Source: an uncultured Flammeovirgaceae bacterium (GTDB lineage: Bacteria; Bacteroidota; Bacteroidia; Cytophagales; MED-G16). From it: a DNA stretch of 64,000 nt. Below are positions 1-13,696 of the stretch, one piece after another (the stretch's first letter is position 1; every line of letters begins with the position of its first letter). A program made the position numbers and the translations under genes. The notes beneath the pieces were generated by a model that saw only the letters and a list, made by a program, of their open reading frames with translations, made no database searches and was not told the origin of the DNA. The stretch is taken from assembly GCA_913052485.1 (NCBI GenBank), contig CAJXDN010000002.1, positions 82,031-146,030 on the forward strand. Reading direction: 5' to 3'.

Positions 1-1
1 A

Positions 2-1294
2 AAATTATATAATCTCATTTGGAGGAGGACTCTAGCATCTCAAATGAGTGAGGCTCAATTTGAAAGGACAGTTGTAAGCATAAGTAACAGAAAAACTGAA
101 ACTTTTAAATCCTCCGGAGAGGTCATGATTTTCGATGGATTTTTGAAATTATACAATGAAAAAACTGAAAATACCAAGCTTCTACCAAAGCTCGAAAAAA
201 ACTCAGAATTAAGTTGTATTGAAATACTTTGTAAAGAAGTATTTACAAAACATCCTCCAAGATATTCCGAAGCAAGTCTTATTAAAAAGATGGAGGATTC
301 AGGAATAGGTAGACCATCAACTTTTGCTGAAACTGTTAGAAAAATAAAGGACAGAGAATATGTTGTTAAAGAAGAGAGAGATGGTAAAATAATTAAAAGT
401 AAGGAACTTAGATTAGTATCTAACAATATCTCAGAGGAAATTAAAGAAGAAAAAACTGGATTTGAGAAAAATAAAATATACCCTACCAATATGGGTATGT
501 TTGTTACTGAATTTTTAAATGAAAATTTCAATTCTAGTTTTATGGATTATTCTTTTACCGCAAAAACTGAAAATCAACTAGATCAAATTGCATATAAAGG
601 AAGAAACTGGAATGATATGATTGAGGAATTCTATAAGATTTTTTCCAAACTTTCTAAAAATGTTCCCGAAGAAAGATACCAATTAGAAAAAGAACTTGGT
701 GAATTTGACGGCAAAAAAATGATTGCAAGAGTGGCTAAATTTGGACCAGTTATTCAGGTAGGTGAAAAGGAAGATTCTGAAGAGGGTTTTCCAAAATATT
801 TCAATATGTCATCTGAACAACTTATAAGACATATTTCTATTAATGAAGCACTAGGTATTATAAATCAGAAAAAAGAAAATAACTCACTTCCAGTATTCGA
901 GTATTATAAAGGAAGTATTGAACTTAAAAATGGGAGGTACGGTTTTTATGTTAGGTTTAATGATAAAAACTATAAAATCGATAAAGATAAATACCCCGAA
1001 CCAAAAAAAATTACAAAAGAAGACGCAATCGATATCGTTAATACACCAGTAGAAAAATCTAAAGATATTCTAAAAGAATTTGACAATGGTTTGCAAATAA
1101 GAATGGGAAAATATGGAAAACCACCCTACTTGTTAGCAGTTAGAGGCACTGATATTGGAAATACATTTAAAGAAAAAAGAAAAAAACCATTTGTAGGCAT
1201 CCCAAAGGATAAATTAGAGAAATATAAAAATAGTATTCAAGACATATCCTATGAGGAAGTAGAAGAAATCATTAAAAATTTTCTTGATAAGTAA
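2..1294 (+). CDS. topA: DNA topoisomerase I, C-terminal part (5' end lies upstream of the window)
   Basis: The frame of ORF 44..1294 stays open back to nt 2 (KLYNLIWRRTLASQM...). It carries the type IA topoisomerase pattern RYSEASLIKKMEDSGIGRPSTFA and a basic C-terminal tail. Confidence 0.9.
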   Translation, partial: KLYNLIWRRTLASQMSEAQFERTVVSISNRKTETFKSSGEVMIFDGFLKLYNEKTENTKLLPKLEKNSELSCIEILCKEVFTKHPPRYSEASLIKKMEDSGIGRPSTFAETVRKIKDREYVVKEERDGKIIKSKELRLVSNNISEEIKEEKTGFEKNKIYPTNMGMFVTEFLNENFNSSFMDYSFTAKTENQLDQIAYKGRNWNDMIEEFYKIFSKLSKNVPEERYQLEKELGEFDGKKMIARVAKFGPVIQVGEKEDSEEGFPKYFNMSSEQLIRHISINEALGIINQKKENNSLPVFEYYKGSIELKNGRYGFYVRFNDKNYKIDKDKYPEPKKITKEDAIDIVNTPVEKSKDILKEFDNGLQIRMGKYGKPPYLLAVRGTDIGNTFKEKRKKPFVGIPKDKLEKYKNSIQDISYEEVEEIIKNFLDK

Positions 1295-1300
1295 TTTTTT

Positions 1301-5048
<3,748 letters not shown>

Positions 5049-5182
5049 TTACACTATAAAATTAATTAAAAATTAGCACTTATTATAGTTTTAAAGCTTA
5101 ATTATTGATATTTAAACAATGTGATAAAATCAAATTTTTTATCCTTTTCTAAATATTAAAATATTACTTTTATAAAAAAATT

Positions 5183-6364
5183 ATGACTAATAATAGAGAC
5201 TTTGATTCGGTTGATTTCTATAATATTGATGAGCTTTTAACTGACGAACAAAAACTTATAAGAGGAACAGTCAGAGATTTTGTTACAAAAGAGATAAGCC
5301 CCTTCATTGAAGATTGGTATGAAAATAGCCACTTTCCCCTTGAGATTGTTAAGAAAATGGGAGAAACAGGTATTTTTGGTCCAAATGTAGACCAAAGATA
5401 CGGTGGAGGTGGCATGGATAATATCTCTTATGGCCTCATTATGCAAGAACTCGAGAGAGGTGACTCGGGAATGAGATCTACAGCCAGTGTTCAAAGCTCT
5501 CTGGTTATGTATCCAATTGAGGCTTATGGGTCAGAGGAACAAAAGAAAAAATATCTTCCAAAGCTTGCTTCAGGAGAAATTTTAGGATGCTTTGGCTTGA
5601 CAGAACCAGATTTTGGTTCAAATCCAGGTGGGATGATCACTAAGTTAGAAGACCATGGTGATTATTATCTCCTTAATGGTTCAAAAATGTGGATATCAAA
5701 TTCTCCGATTGCTGATATCGCCGTTGTGTGGGCTAAAGATGAAAATAAAAGAATTAAGGGTGTAATTGTTGAAAAAGGAATGGAAGGTTTCTCAGCACCA
5801 AAAACAGAGGGAAAACTATCACTGAGATCTAGCTTAACTGGTGAATTAGTTTTTAATGATGTAAAGGTCCCAAAAGATAATATTTTACCTCGAAAGGATG
5901 GTCTAGGTGCTCCATTGGGTTGTCTTGATAAGGCCAGATACGGAATATCTTGGGGTGCTGTTGGCGTTGCGATGGATTGCTATGATTGTGCTAAAAAGTA
6001 CTCACTTGAAAGGAAGCAGTTTGATAAACCTATAGCATCATTTCAGTTAGTTCAAAAAAAGTTAGCTGAAATGCTCACAGAGATAACAAAAGCTCAACTT
6101 TTATGTTGGAGACTAGGAAAACTCATAGATTCTGGAGATGTGACATCCTCACATATTTCTCTTGCAAAGAGGAACAATGTAGAGGTAGCATTAAAAATCG
6201 CGAGAGAGGCAAGACAGATTCATGGCGGTATGGGAATTACAAATGATTTCCCAATGATGAGACATATGATGAATTTAGAATCAGTTATTACTTACGAAGG
6301 CACTCACGATATTCATCTACTTATACTAGGGAATGAAATAACAGGAATTCCGGCTTTTTCATGA
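5183..6364 (+). CDS. acyl-CoA dehydrogenase, glutaryl-CoA dehydrogenase-like
   Basis: Full-length ACAD pattern (GCFGLTEPDFGSNPGGM, KMWISNSPIADIAVVWAK, YEGTHDIHLLILG). Confidence 0.85.
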   Translation: MTNNRDFDSVDFYNIDELLTDEQKLIRGTVRDFVTKEISPFIEDWYENSHFPLEIVKKMGETGIFGPNVDQRYGGGGMDNISYGLIMQELERGDSGMRSTASVQSSLVMYPIEAYGSEEQKKKYLPKLASGEILGCFGLTEPDFGSNPGGMITKLEDHGDYYLLNGSKMWISNSPIADIAVVWAKDENKRIKGVIVEKGMEGFSAPKTEGKLSLRSSLTGELVFNDVKVPKDNILPRKDGLGAPLGCLDKARYGISWGAVGVAMDCYDCAKKYSLERKQFDKPIASFQLVQKKLAEMLTEITKAQLLCWRLGKLIDSGDVTSSHISLAKRNNVEVALKIAREARQIHGGMGITNDFPMMRHMMNLESVITYEGTHDIHLLILGNEITGIPAFS

Positions 6365-6365
6365 T

Positions 6366-7187
6366 ATGAAATATGTTGAAAATTTTATTAAAAAAAGTAG
6401 AGCTCATAATCTTCTGATAAGGAGCTGGGTCCCATCAAAAAATCAAAATAAAAATATTCTAATTATACACGGGTTGGGTGAACATACTGGTAGATATGAG
6501 GATCTTGCTCATTTTCTTGTTAATAAGAATTTTGGTGTTTTTGCTGTTGACTTAATTGGGCACGGTAAAAGTTCTGGCAGAAAAGGCCATATAAAGTCAT
6601 TCGAAGAGTATTTAGATACCGTGGAGCTAAGCTTAATTTATATAAGAAAGAAATTTCTAGATATACCAATTATATTATTTGGTCATAGCCTTGGTGGATT
6701 AATTTCATTGAAGTTTTTAATTGACAGAGAAAGTAAAGAAATAGAGAAGTCAATTATATCATCTCCCTGGATAGAGACTAAAGTTAAAATCCCAGATTTT
6801 TTATTGGTTATCCATAAAATCTTTAAAAATATATTTCCTGGTATGCAGCTTCATAATAACTTGATAACAAGTCATTTGTCTAAGGATAAAGACATCGTAA
6901 AAAAATATGAGGAAGATAAACTAGTTCACGACAGGATATCTCTAAATCTTTTCTCGGAAGCTTTAAAAACAATTGATGACGTTTTAGAGAATTCTTCAAG
7001 GATTAAAAATGATATACTTATCTATCATGGAAAAGATGACATGATAATCTCATATGAGGGTTCGAAAAAGATTAGTAATAAAATTACGAATTGTAAATGG
7101 ATATTATTCGAAAATACGTACCATGAACCTCATAATGACCTAGAAAAATCTTACGTATTCAAAGAAATTACTAATTTCATCAAATAA
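6366..7187 (+). CDS. alpha/beta hydrolase (lysophospholipase / monoacylglycerol-lipase-like)
   Basis: HGLGEHTGRY, nucleophile elbow GHSLGG, and a C-terminal His region (YHEPHND). Confidence 0.8.
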   Translation: MKYVENFIKKSRAHNLLIRSWVPSKNQNKNILIIHGLGEHTGRYEDLAHFLVNKNFGVFAVDLIGHGKSSGRKGHIKSFEEYLDTVELSLIYIRKKFLDIPIILFGHSLGGLISLKFLIDRESKEIEKSIISSPWIETKVKIPDFLLVIHKIFKNIFPGMQLHNNLITSHLSKDKDIVKKYEEDKLVHDRISLNLFSEALKTIDDVLENSSRIKNDILIYHGKDDMIISYEGSKKISNKITNCKWILFENTYHEPHNDLEKSYVFKEITNFIK

Positions 7188-7222
7188 ATATAAATTATTT
7201 ATATTTATGAAAATTATACTCT

Positions 7223-7921
7223 ATGTCATCTAGACCAACATTATTTATTATATATTTTTTTATGTTGACCTCATGTTTATCCAAAAATGAGTCAAATAAT
7301 TCTGAATGGATAGAGCTATCTAATGATAATTCATTCAAAAACTGGCATACATTTCAATCCGATTCTGTAATTAGTTGGAAAATTGAAAATGGAGTTTATG
7401 TGTTATATCCCAATGAGGGTAGTAAAAATAATGGCCTAGTATCAAATAAGAGTTATTCTAGTTTCATCTTATCATTGGAGTGGAAAGTTGAGGAGAATGG
7501 AAACAGTGGTATTTTCTGGGGAGTGAATGAATCTTCTGAGTTTTCAGTACCCTATCTCAGTGCACCTGAAATTCAAGTTATTGATGATAACATTTATGGC
7601 ACAAAAGACACATCTAATTTTCATCATATGAACGGCGCTTTATATGATATGGTTTCTCCCTCAGAATTATATGCAAATGCAACTGGTGAGTGGAATCATT
7701 ATTTAATTGAAATAAATTATAAAAATAATATTGCAAATGTCGATCTGAACGGAAAGAGATCAATCAGCTTTCCACTTTCTGGAGATAAGTGGGAAGAATT
7801 AATTTATAATTCAAAATTTAAAGACTGGAAAGGCTTTGCAAAACTTAAATCGGGCCCTATTGCTTTTCAAGATCACGGCACAAAAGTTTACTATAGAAAT
7901 ATAAAAATTAAAGAGTTATGA
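7223..7921 (+). CDS. DUF1080 (3-keto-disaccharide hydrolase family) lipoprotein
   Basis: Lipoprotein-type signal (FFMLTSC). The family pattern runs from W..ENGV through IQVIDD to FQDHGTKVYYRNIKIKEL at the C-terminus. Confidence 0.7.
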   Translation: MSSRPTLFIIYFFMLTSCLSKNESNNSEWIELSNDNSFKNWHTFQSDSVISWKIENGVYVLYPNEGSKNNGLVSNKSYSSFILSLEWKVEENGNSGIFWGVNESSEFSVPYLSAPEIQVIDDNIYGTKDTSNFHHMNGALYDMVSPSELYANATGEWNHYLIEINYKNNIANVDLNGKRSISFPLSGDKWEELIYNSKFKDWKGFAKLKSGPIAFQDHGTKVYYRNIKIKEL

Positions 7922-9231
7922 TAATCAATCTTATAACAGCTATAACATTATTTTTGATGCTATCTTTCACATCAAGAAATATAAGTTTTGATAATTATTT
8001 AGAGACAGAGATTCCATATCTCAAAGAATTATATATAAATATTCATAAAAACCCTGAAATATCTCTTATGGAGAGAGAAACATCAAAAAAATTAGCAGGT
8101 GAATTAAGGAAAGTTGGCTTTGAGGTTGAGGAAAATTTTGGAGGATATGGGATAGTTGGTACTCTAAAAAATGGAGATGGTCCTACTATATTATATAGAA
8201 CTGATATGGATGCTCTACCTATGGAAGAAAAGACTGGTCTTCCCTACTCAAGTAAGTTAGTTACTAAAAACTTTGATGGGAATGATGTTGGCACTATGCA
8301 TTCATGTGGCCACGACATGCATATGACTGTTTGGACTGGTACAGCCAGAGCAATGGTAGAGAGAAAAGATGAGTGGAATGGCACAATTATGATGATTGGT
8401 CAGCCAGCTGAAGAGATTGGTGCTGGGGCAGCTATGATGTTAAGTGCGGGACTTTACGAAAAATTTCCGGTACCTGATTACGGAATTGCTCTTCATGCGT
8501 CACCAACAATTCCATCAGGTAAAGTTGGTTTTGGTAAGGGTTATATCATGGCAAATACAGAATCTGTAGATATAAAAATATTTGGACAAGGTTCTCATGG
8601 AGCCGCACCACACATGTCAATTGATCCTATAGTAACTGCCTCAATGATTGTAATGGAATTACAGACAATTGTTAGTAGAAATTTAAATCCACTAGATGAT
8701 GCCGTTATAACAGTTGGATCTATAAGGGGAGGTACAAAACATAACATTATTCCTGACGAAGTTAATTTACAACTTACAATTAGGACATATAAAGAAGAAG
8801 TAAGAAACTTAATTCATAAAAGAATTAGGGAAATATGTGATGGAATTGCTGCCTCAATGGGACTTGATAAATCGAGATGGCCAGAGATAATAATGCCAGA
8901 ACAATATACTCCAGCAAATTATAATGACGAATTACTTATTGATATAATGACAGACGTCTCAAATTCAATAATTGGTGAAAAAAATGTTGTTATTGCTGAA
9001 CCACAGATGGTGGGTGAGGATTTTGCTAGATATGGAAGCACTGAAGAAGATATTCCTACAGCAATGTATTGGCTAGGAACTGTGCCTAAAGAAAGAATGG
9101 ATAAATATAATTCAGGAGAATATGCTCTTCCTGGACTTCATTCTCCATTTTATTATCCTGATATTGAAAATTCTATCAGAACAGGGGTTAAAGTAAGTAC
9201 CGAGTCATTGATTCAACTCTTTAATAGATAA
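7918..9231 (+). CDS. M20-family amidohydrolase (M20D / hippurate-hydrolase-like), exported
   Basis: Metal-binding patterns HSCGHDMH and GQPAEE. N-terminal signal-like segment. ATGA start/stop overlap with the DUF1080 gene. Confidence 0.85.
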   Translation: MIINLITAITLFLMLSFTSRNISFDNYLETEIPYLKELYINIHKNPEISLMERETSKKLAGELRKVGFEVEENFGGYGIVGTLKNGDGPTILYRTDMDALPMEEKTGLPYSSKLVTKNFDGNDVGTMHSCGHDMHMTVWTGTARAMVERKDEWNGTIMMIGQPAEEIGAGAAMMLSAGLYEKFPVPDYGIALHASPTIPSGKVGFGKGYIMANTESVDIKIFGQGSHGAAPHMSIDPIVTASMIVMELQTIVSRNLNPLDDAVITVGSIRGGTKHNIIPDEVNLQLTIRTYKEEVRNLIHKRIREICDGIAASMGLDKSRWPEIIMPEQYTPANYNDELLIDIMTDVSNSIIGEKNVVIAEPQMVGEDFARYGSTEEDIPTAMYWLGTVPKERMDKYNSGEYALPGLHSPFYYPDIENSIRTGVKVSTESLIQLFNR

Positions 9232-9688
9232 ATGTTTTTTCTCTATCAGAGAAAGAAAAAATGTAGGAGTCAACTTTACTTTTATAATTTATCAAAACTA
9301 CATTTTTTTGAATTTTATAGACGTCAAATAAAATATTAATCATAATATTAATTTCATTGATTTCTTCTTCATAATTAAAGCCAAAAGATATTTCAACTAA
9401 ATCATTTATAAGTTTGTATCTAATCATAGATATATCAATGTCATATCTATCGATAGATAATTGAAATTTATTTTTAATGTATTCATCAATTTCTTCCGAT
9501 GCTATTTCTAGTTTTCTATCACTGTCAATAGATATAGAGTTACCGTGAAATAGTCTGAGCCCATCTTCGAGATCATCTCTAAAAATTTTAATTTTTACAT
9601 CACTCATATCCTCATTTATAAATATCTCAGTAGTACTCAGATAGAATGGATGTAGTAAAAAGAGTATTTTAATAAATAATAAACTCAT
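9221..9688 (-). CDS. small hypothetical protein (resembles Bacteroidota DUF6702-type proteins)
   Basis: 155-aa ORF with a hydrophobic N-terminus, then HPFYLSTTEIFIN... The family assignment is from memory only. Its tail overlaps the M20 gene by 11 nt. Confidence 0.45.
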   Translation of the reverse strand: MSLLFIKILFLLHPFYLSTTEIFINEDMSDVKIKIFRDDLEDGLRLFHGNSISIDSDRKLEIASEEIDEYIKNKFQLSIDRYDIDISMIRYKLINDLVEISFGFNYEEEINEINIMINILFDVYKIQKNVVLINYKSKVDSYIFSFSDREKTFIY

Positions 9689-9773
9689 TATTATATAATA
9701 TAAAAATAATGTCTTAAAATTAATTTTTTATTAAAAAAATATTTTGAGTAATATTGATAATATTAAACCTAAA

Positions 9774-11474
9774 ATGAACATTAACTCAAAGTCAAATAAA
9801 GAGAATTCTTTTGATGCAATAGTTGTAGGTACGGGGATAAGTGGTGGATGGGCTGCAAAAGAACTGACGGAGGGAGGACTAAATACTTTAGTTCTGGAGA
9901 GAGGCAGGGACGTAAGACACGTGATAGATTACCCAACTATGAATAAAAATTCATGGGAGCTTCCATACAGAGACCAACTAACCGCTAAGCAAAGAAAAGA
10001 TTATAAGGTTCAAATAAGGACTGGCTATACTGTAAAGCAATCTACGAAACATTGGTGGGTTAAAGATACAGATCAACCTTACAATGAAAAGAAGGGGTCT
10101 TTTGACTGGATTAGAGGATATCATGTTGGTGGCAAATCAATTATGTGGAGTAGACATGTATATAGGTGGGGGGAAATAGATTTTGAGGCTAACGCTAAAG
10201 AGGGAATAGGCATAGATTGGCCTATACGCTATAAAGATATTGACAAGTGGTATGAACACGTTGAAGATTTTATCGGTGTGAGTGGAATGAAGGAGGGCTT
10301 ATCTCAATTACCTGATGGCAATTTCTTACCACCTATCGAAATGAACTGCGTTGAGAAAGATTTTAAAAAGAATTTATATAAAAAATTAGGGAGAACCTAT
10401 ACAATGGGAAGAGTAACTAATATCACCCAAAATCATAACGGAAGAGGTAAATGTCAGAGTAGGAATCTTTGTATCCGAGGCTGTCCGCATGGAGCATACT
10501 TTAGTTCTAACTCATCAACTTTACCAGCAGCAGAAGCAACCGGTAATATGACACTAAAACCTAATTCTATTGTTCATTCAATAATTTATGATGATGAAAG
10601 AAATAAAGCAACAGGTGTTAGAGTTATAGATAGCAACACACTTGAAATGACAGAGTACTATGCTAGAATAATTTTTTTAAATGCATCAGCAATTAATACC
10701 ACATTGATAATGCTTAACTCGAAATCTAGAAGATTTCCAAATGGCTTTGGAAATGACTCGGGTGAACTTGGGCGTAATATAATGGATCATCATTTCAAAG
10801 CTGGAGCTAGAGCAAATATTGACGGATATGAAGATTACTACTATTACGGAAATAGACCTACTAATGGATATTTAGCAAGATTCAGAAATTTAGATAAAAA
10901 AAACATGAATTTTCTCAGAGGATTTGGATATCAGGGTGGAGCCAGAAGAAACGGCTGGGCAAATTCTGGAGAGGGAGGACTGACTGGAGAAGATTTAATT
11001 AATGCAGCATCTACTCCCGGGGGATGGAATATGAATCTACTTGGTTTTGGAGAGATCCTACCATATCATGACAATATGATGTATCTAGACTATGATAAAT
11101 TAGATAAATGGGGAATGCCAACTGTTGTATTTGAAACTGAAATAAAAGAAAATGAAATAAAAATGAGAGAAGACATGAAAAATTCAGCAGCAGAAATGTT
11201 AGAAGCTTGTGGATTTAAAAACGTTAAGGGTTATGATAATAAGTACAGTATAGGTAACGGTATTCATGAGATGGGTACTGCAAGAATGGGAAATGATCCA
11301 AAAACATCAGTACTTAACAAATGGAATCAAGTCCATGCAGCCAAAAATGTTTTTGTTACAGATGGGGCCTGTATGACTTCTGGTGGTTGTGTCAATCCAT
11401 CAATAACATATATGGCTCTTACTGCAAGAGCTGCAAATTTTGCTATAAATGAACTAAAGAAAAGGAACCTGTAA
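9774..11474 (+). CDS. GMC-family FAD oxidoreductase, catalytic subunit (no signal peptide of its own)
   Basis: N-terminal FAD fold AIVVGTGISGGWAAKEL and C-terminal GMC pattern HEMGTARMG...NVFVTDG. I prefer ATG 9774 to the TTG 9744 used by the ORF track. Confidence 0.85.
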   Translation: MNINSKSNKENSFDAIVVGTGISGGWAAKELTEGGLNTLVLERGRDVRHVIDYPTMNKNSWELPYRDQLTAKQRKDYKVQIRTGYTVKQSTKHWWVKDTDQPYNEKKGSFDWIRGYHVGGKSIMWSRHVYRWGEIDFEANAKEGIGIDWPIRYKDIDKWYEHVEDFIGVSGMKEGLSQLPDGNFLPPIEMNCVEKDFKKNLYKKLGRTYTMGRVTNITQNHNGRGKCQSRNLCIRGCPHGAYFSSNSSTLPAAEATGNMTLKPNSIVHSIIYDDERNKATGVRVIDSNTLEMTEYYARIIFLNASAINTTLIMLNSKSRRFPNGFGNDSGELGRNIMDHHFKAGARANIDGYEDYYYYGNRPTNGYLARFRNLDKKNMNFLRGFGYQGGARRNGWANSGEGGLTGEDLINAASTPGGWNMNLLGFGEILPYHDNMMYLDYDKLDKWGMPTVVFETEIKENEIKMREDMKNSAAEMLEACGFKNVKGYDNKYSIGNGIHEMGTARMGNDPKTSVLNKWNQVHAAKNVFVTDGACMTSGGCVNPSITYMALTARAANFAINELKKRNL

Positions 11475-12034
11475 TGAAGAGAAGAGAGTCACTAAAGAAG
11501 ATATCTGCTTTCCTTTATGGGAGCTTGGCTATACCTAGCTCATCGCTATTAATAAATTCTTGCTCAAGTCCAAGTCAAGAAATCGAATGGAAAGCTGATT
11601 TCCTTAATATTGAAGATGCTTTCTTTTTAAATGAATTGTGTAACGCAGTTATACCAAACACCGAATTTCCAGGAGCTTTAGCACTCGGTGTACCTCCTGA
11701 AATTGAAAAATATGTCTTCAATGTATATGATGAAAAAAAATTAAATAAGTTTTTATCTGATCTTATACTTCTAAAAGAAAATCTAATCGAAAATAATTTT
11801 TATGAGTCAATTTTATCAGAGAAGACAACAATTTTGAATTCGATTCAAAAAATGAAAAGAAATGATAAGATAAGAAGAATATACATGTCATTTAAAAAGA
11901 TTATAATTGAATCTTACTTCTTAACAGAAGTAGGTGCCACTCAAGTTCTAAAATATAATGGTCCATCAGTAGTTCTTGGTGAATATAAAGGGTGTGTCCC
12001 ATTTAGCGAGATCGGAAGAACATGGGCTATATAA
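11474..12034 (+). CDS. gluconate 2-dehydrogenase subunit-3-like small subunit with twin-arginine signal (possible lipoprotein)
   Basis: MKRRESLKKISAF... has a TAT-type RR motif followed by LINSC. TAATG start/stop overlap with the GMC gene. Size and position match the 'hitch-hiker' subunits of membrane-associated FAD sugar dehydrogenases. Confidence 0.65.
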   Translation: MKRRESLKKISAFLYGSLAIPSSSLLINSCSSPSQEIEWKADFLNIEDAFFLNELCNAVIPNTEFPGALALGVPPEIEKYVFNVYDEKKLNKFLSDLILLKENLIENNFYESILSEKTTILNSIQKMKRNDKIRRIYMSFKKIIIESYFLTEVGATQVLKYNGPSVVLGEYKGCVPFSEIGRTWAI

Positions 12035-12045
12035 ATTAATTGTAT

Positions 12046-13695
12046 ATGAATAATAAATTAAAATCACCAGTAGATAACTTCACAAAATGGGAAAATTTAA
12101 AAGGAGAGGAGACATTTTTGATACAACCCATAAACGGTAATAACCAAGAATTTACTTGGAGTCAAGTTGGTGAAGAGGCAAGAAAAGTCTGCAACTATAT
12201 TAATAGCTTTAATTTTCCAAAAAAATCAAAGATTGCTATACTATCAAAAAATTGTGCTCACTGGATAATTACTGATTTAGCAATAATGATGAGTGGGAAC
12301 ATATCGGTACCGATCTATGCAAATGTTAACGGTAAAACAGCTAAATATATCTTAGAACATAGTGAATCAGTGATGTTATTTTTGGGGAAGTTAGAAGAAG
12401 ACGATTGGGAACAAATCAAAAATTATATTCCAAAAAATATCGAAAAAGTTGACTATGGTTTCTATAATTTAGATTCAAAATTTACTAAATGGGATTCAAT
12501 CATTTCAAAATATAAACCAACTGATAAAGTTTTTAATATCAAACTAAATGATATTATAACTATAATTTATACCTCTGGAACTACAGGAATACCTAAGGGT
12601 GTTGTACTTAACTATAAAGCCGCGGCAACAGCAACAAAGAACTTGGATCTTCTTTTTCCTTTGAATGAAAATGATAGATTTATATCTTATTTACCATTAT
12701 CTCATATTGCAGAGAGAGCACTTGTTGAACATGGAGGCATACTTTCAGGAGGTAAAATATTTTTTGTTGAGAGTTTAGAGACATTTCTAGAAAATTTAAA
12801 GTACTGTAAACCAACAATTTTTTTTGGTGTTCCTAGAATTTATACAAAGTTCATGACAAAAATATCATCAATTTTTCCTCAGAGAGCTATAAATTTTATA
12901 ATGAAAATACCTATTCTTAATAATTTATTTTCACTTATTATTAGGAAGGCACTGGGTTTGAATAAATCAAGGATATGCATAACAGGAGCAGCATCAATAC
13001 CAAAATCTACTTTGAAGTGGTTTGATATATTTAAACTTAAGATATACGAAGCTTATGGGATGTCTGAAAACTCAGCTTGTTCCCACGGTAACTATCCAGG
13101 AAATATAAAATTTGGTACAGTTGGTAAAGCGATGCCAGATACAGACGTGAAAATAACCGAGCAGGGAGAAATAATAATGAAAAATGATTGCATAATGCAA
13201 GGGTATTTTAAAGAAAGCAATTTAACTAAAAAAACTATTAGAAATGGATACTTACATACTGGTGATAAAGGTAAAATAGACAAAGACGGGTATCTTAAAA
13301 TAACTGGAAGAATAAAGGATATATTCAAAACTGCGAAAGGAAAATATGTTGCTCCTAACCCAATCGAGATGAAACTTAGTAAAAGTACCTTCATAGAACA
13401 AGTTTGTGTTGTTGGAGAAAATTTAACCCAACCTATAGCTCTTGTTATCTTAAGTGAGGGGAAAAAGATAGCATCAGATATGAAAAATAGTTTTGAGAAT
13501 TTAATTACATCAATTAATGATCAACTTGAAAATCATGAAAGAATTAAAAAAATTGTGATTCTTAAAGATGTTTGGTCAATTGAAAATAATATTCTGACTC
13601 CAACACTAAAAATTAAGAGAAATGTAATTGAATATAAATATAAAAAGTTTTATATGGAATGGTTTAATACTGAAAGCCAGATCATATACCAATAA
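12046..13695 (+). CDS. AMP-dependent synthetase / long-chain acyl-CoA ligase
   Basis: AMP-binding motif YTSGTTGIPKGV and GDKGKIDKDGYLKITGRIKD. ATG 12046 is preferred over the TTG 12040 of the track. Confidence 0.85.
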   Translation: MNNKLKSPVDNFTKWENLKGEETFLIQPINGNNQEFTWSQVGEEARKVCNYINSFNFPKKSKIAILSKNCAHWIITDLAIMMSGNISVPIYANVNGKTAKYILEHSESVMLFLGKLEEDDWEQIKNYIPKNIEKVDYGFYNLDSKFTKWDSIISKYKPTDKVFNIKLNDIITIIYTSGTTGIPKGVVLNYKAAATATKNLDLLFPLNENDRFISYLPLSHIAERALVEHGGILSGGKIFFVESLETFLENLKYCKPTIFFGVPRIYTKFMTKISSIFPQRAINFIMKIPILNNLFSLIIRKALGLNKSRICITGAASIPKSTLKWFDIFKLKIYEAYGMSENSACSHGNYPGNIKFGTVGKAMPDTDVKITEQGEIIMKNDCIMQGYFKESNLTKKTIRNGYLHTGDKGKIDKDGYLKITGRIKDIFKTAKGKYVAPNPIEMKLSKSTFIEQVCVVGENLTQPIALVILSEGKKIASDMKNSFENLITSINDQLENHERIKKIVILKDVWSIENNILTPTLKIKRNVIEYKYKKFYMEWFNTESQIIYQ

Positions 13696-13696
13696 A

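Noticed and set aside
55-531. Other antisense or overlapping ORFs in the track, each embedded in a well-supported gene. Examples: 55..531, 13092..13394, 25462..25773, 28133..28450, 36577..36888, 49900..50226, 50395..50676, 60805..61116, and the many 60-100-aa ones.
   Set aside because: They lie entirely inside confidently assigned genes on the opposite strand or in another frame. Their composition is typical of shadow ORFs and they show no family resemblance.
7186-7206. Perfect 10-bp inverted repeat AAATATAAAT-T-ATTTATATTT just after the hydrolase stop codon.
   Set aside because: It is made only of A and T, so a hairpin would be very weak. Such palindromes are expected by chance in AT-rich spacers. 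There is no supporting context for an operator or terminator.
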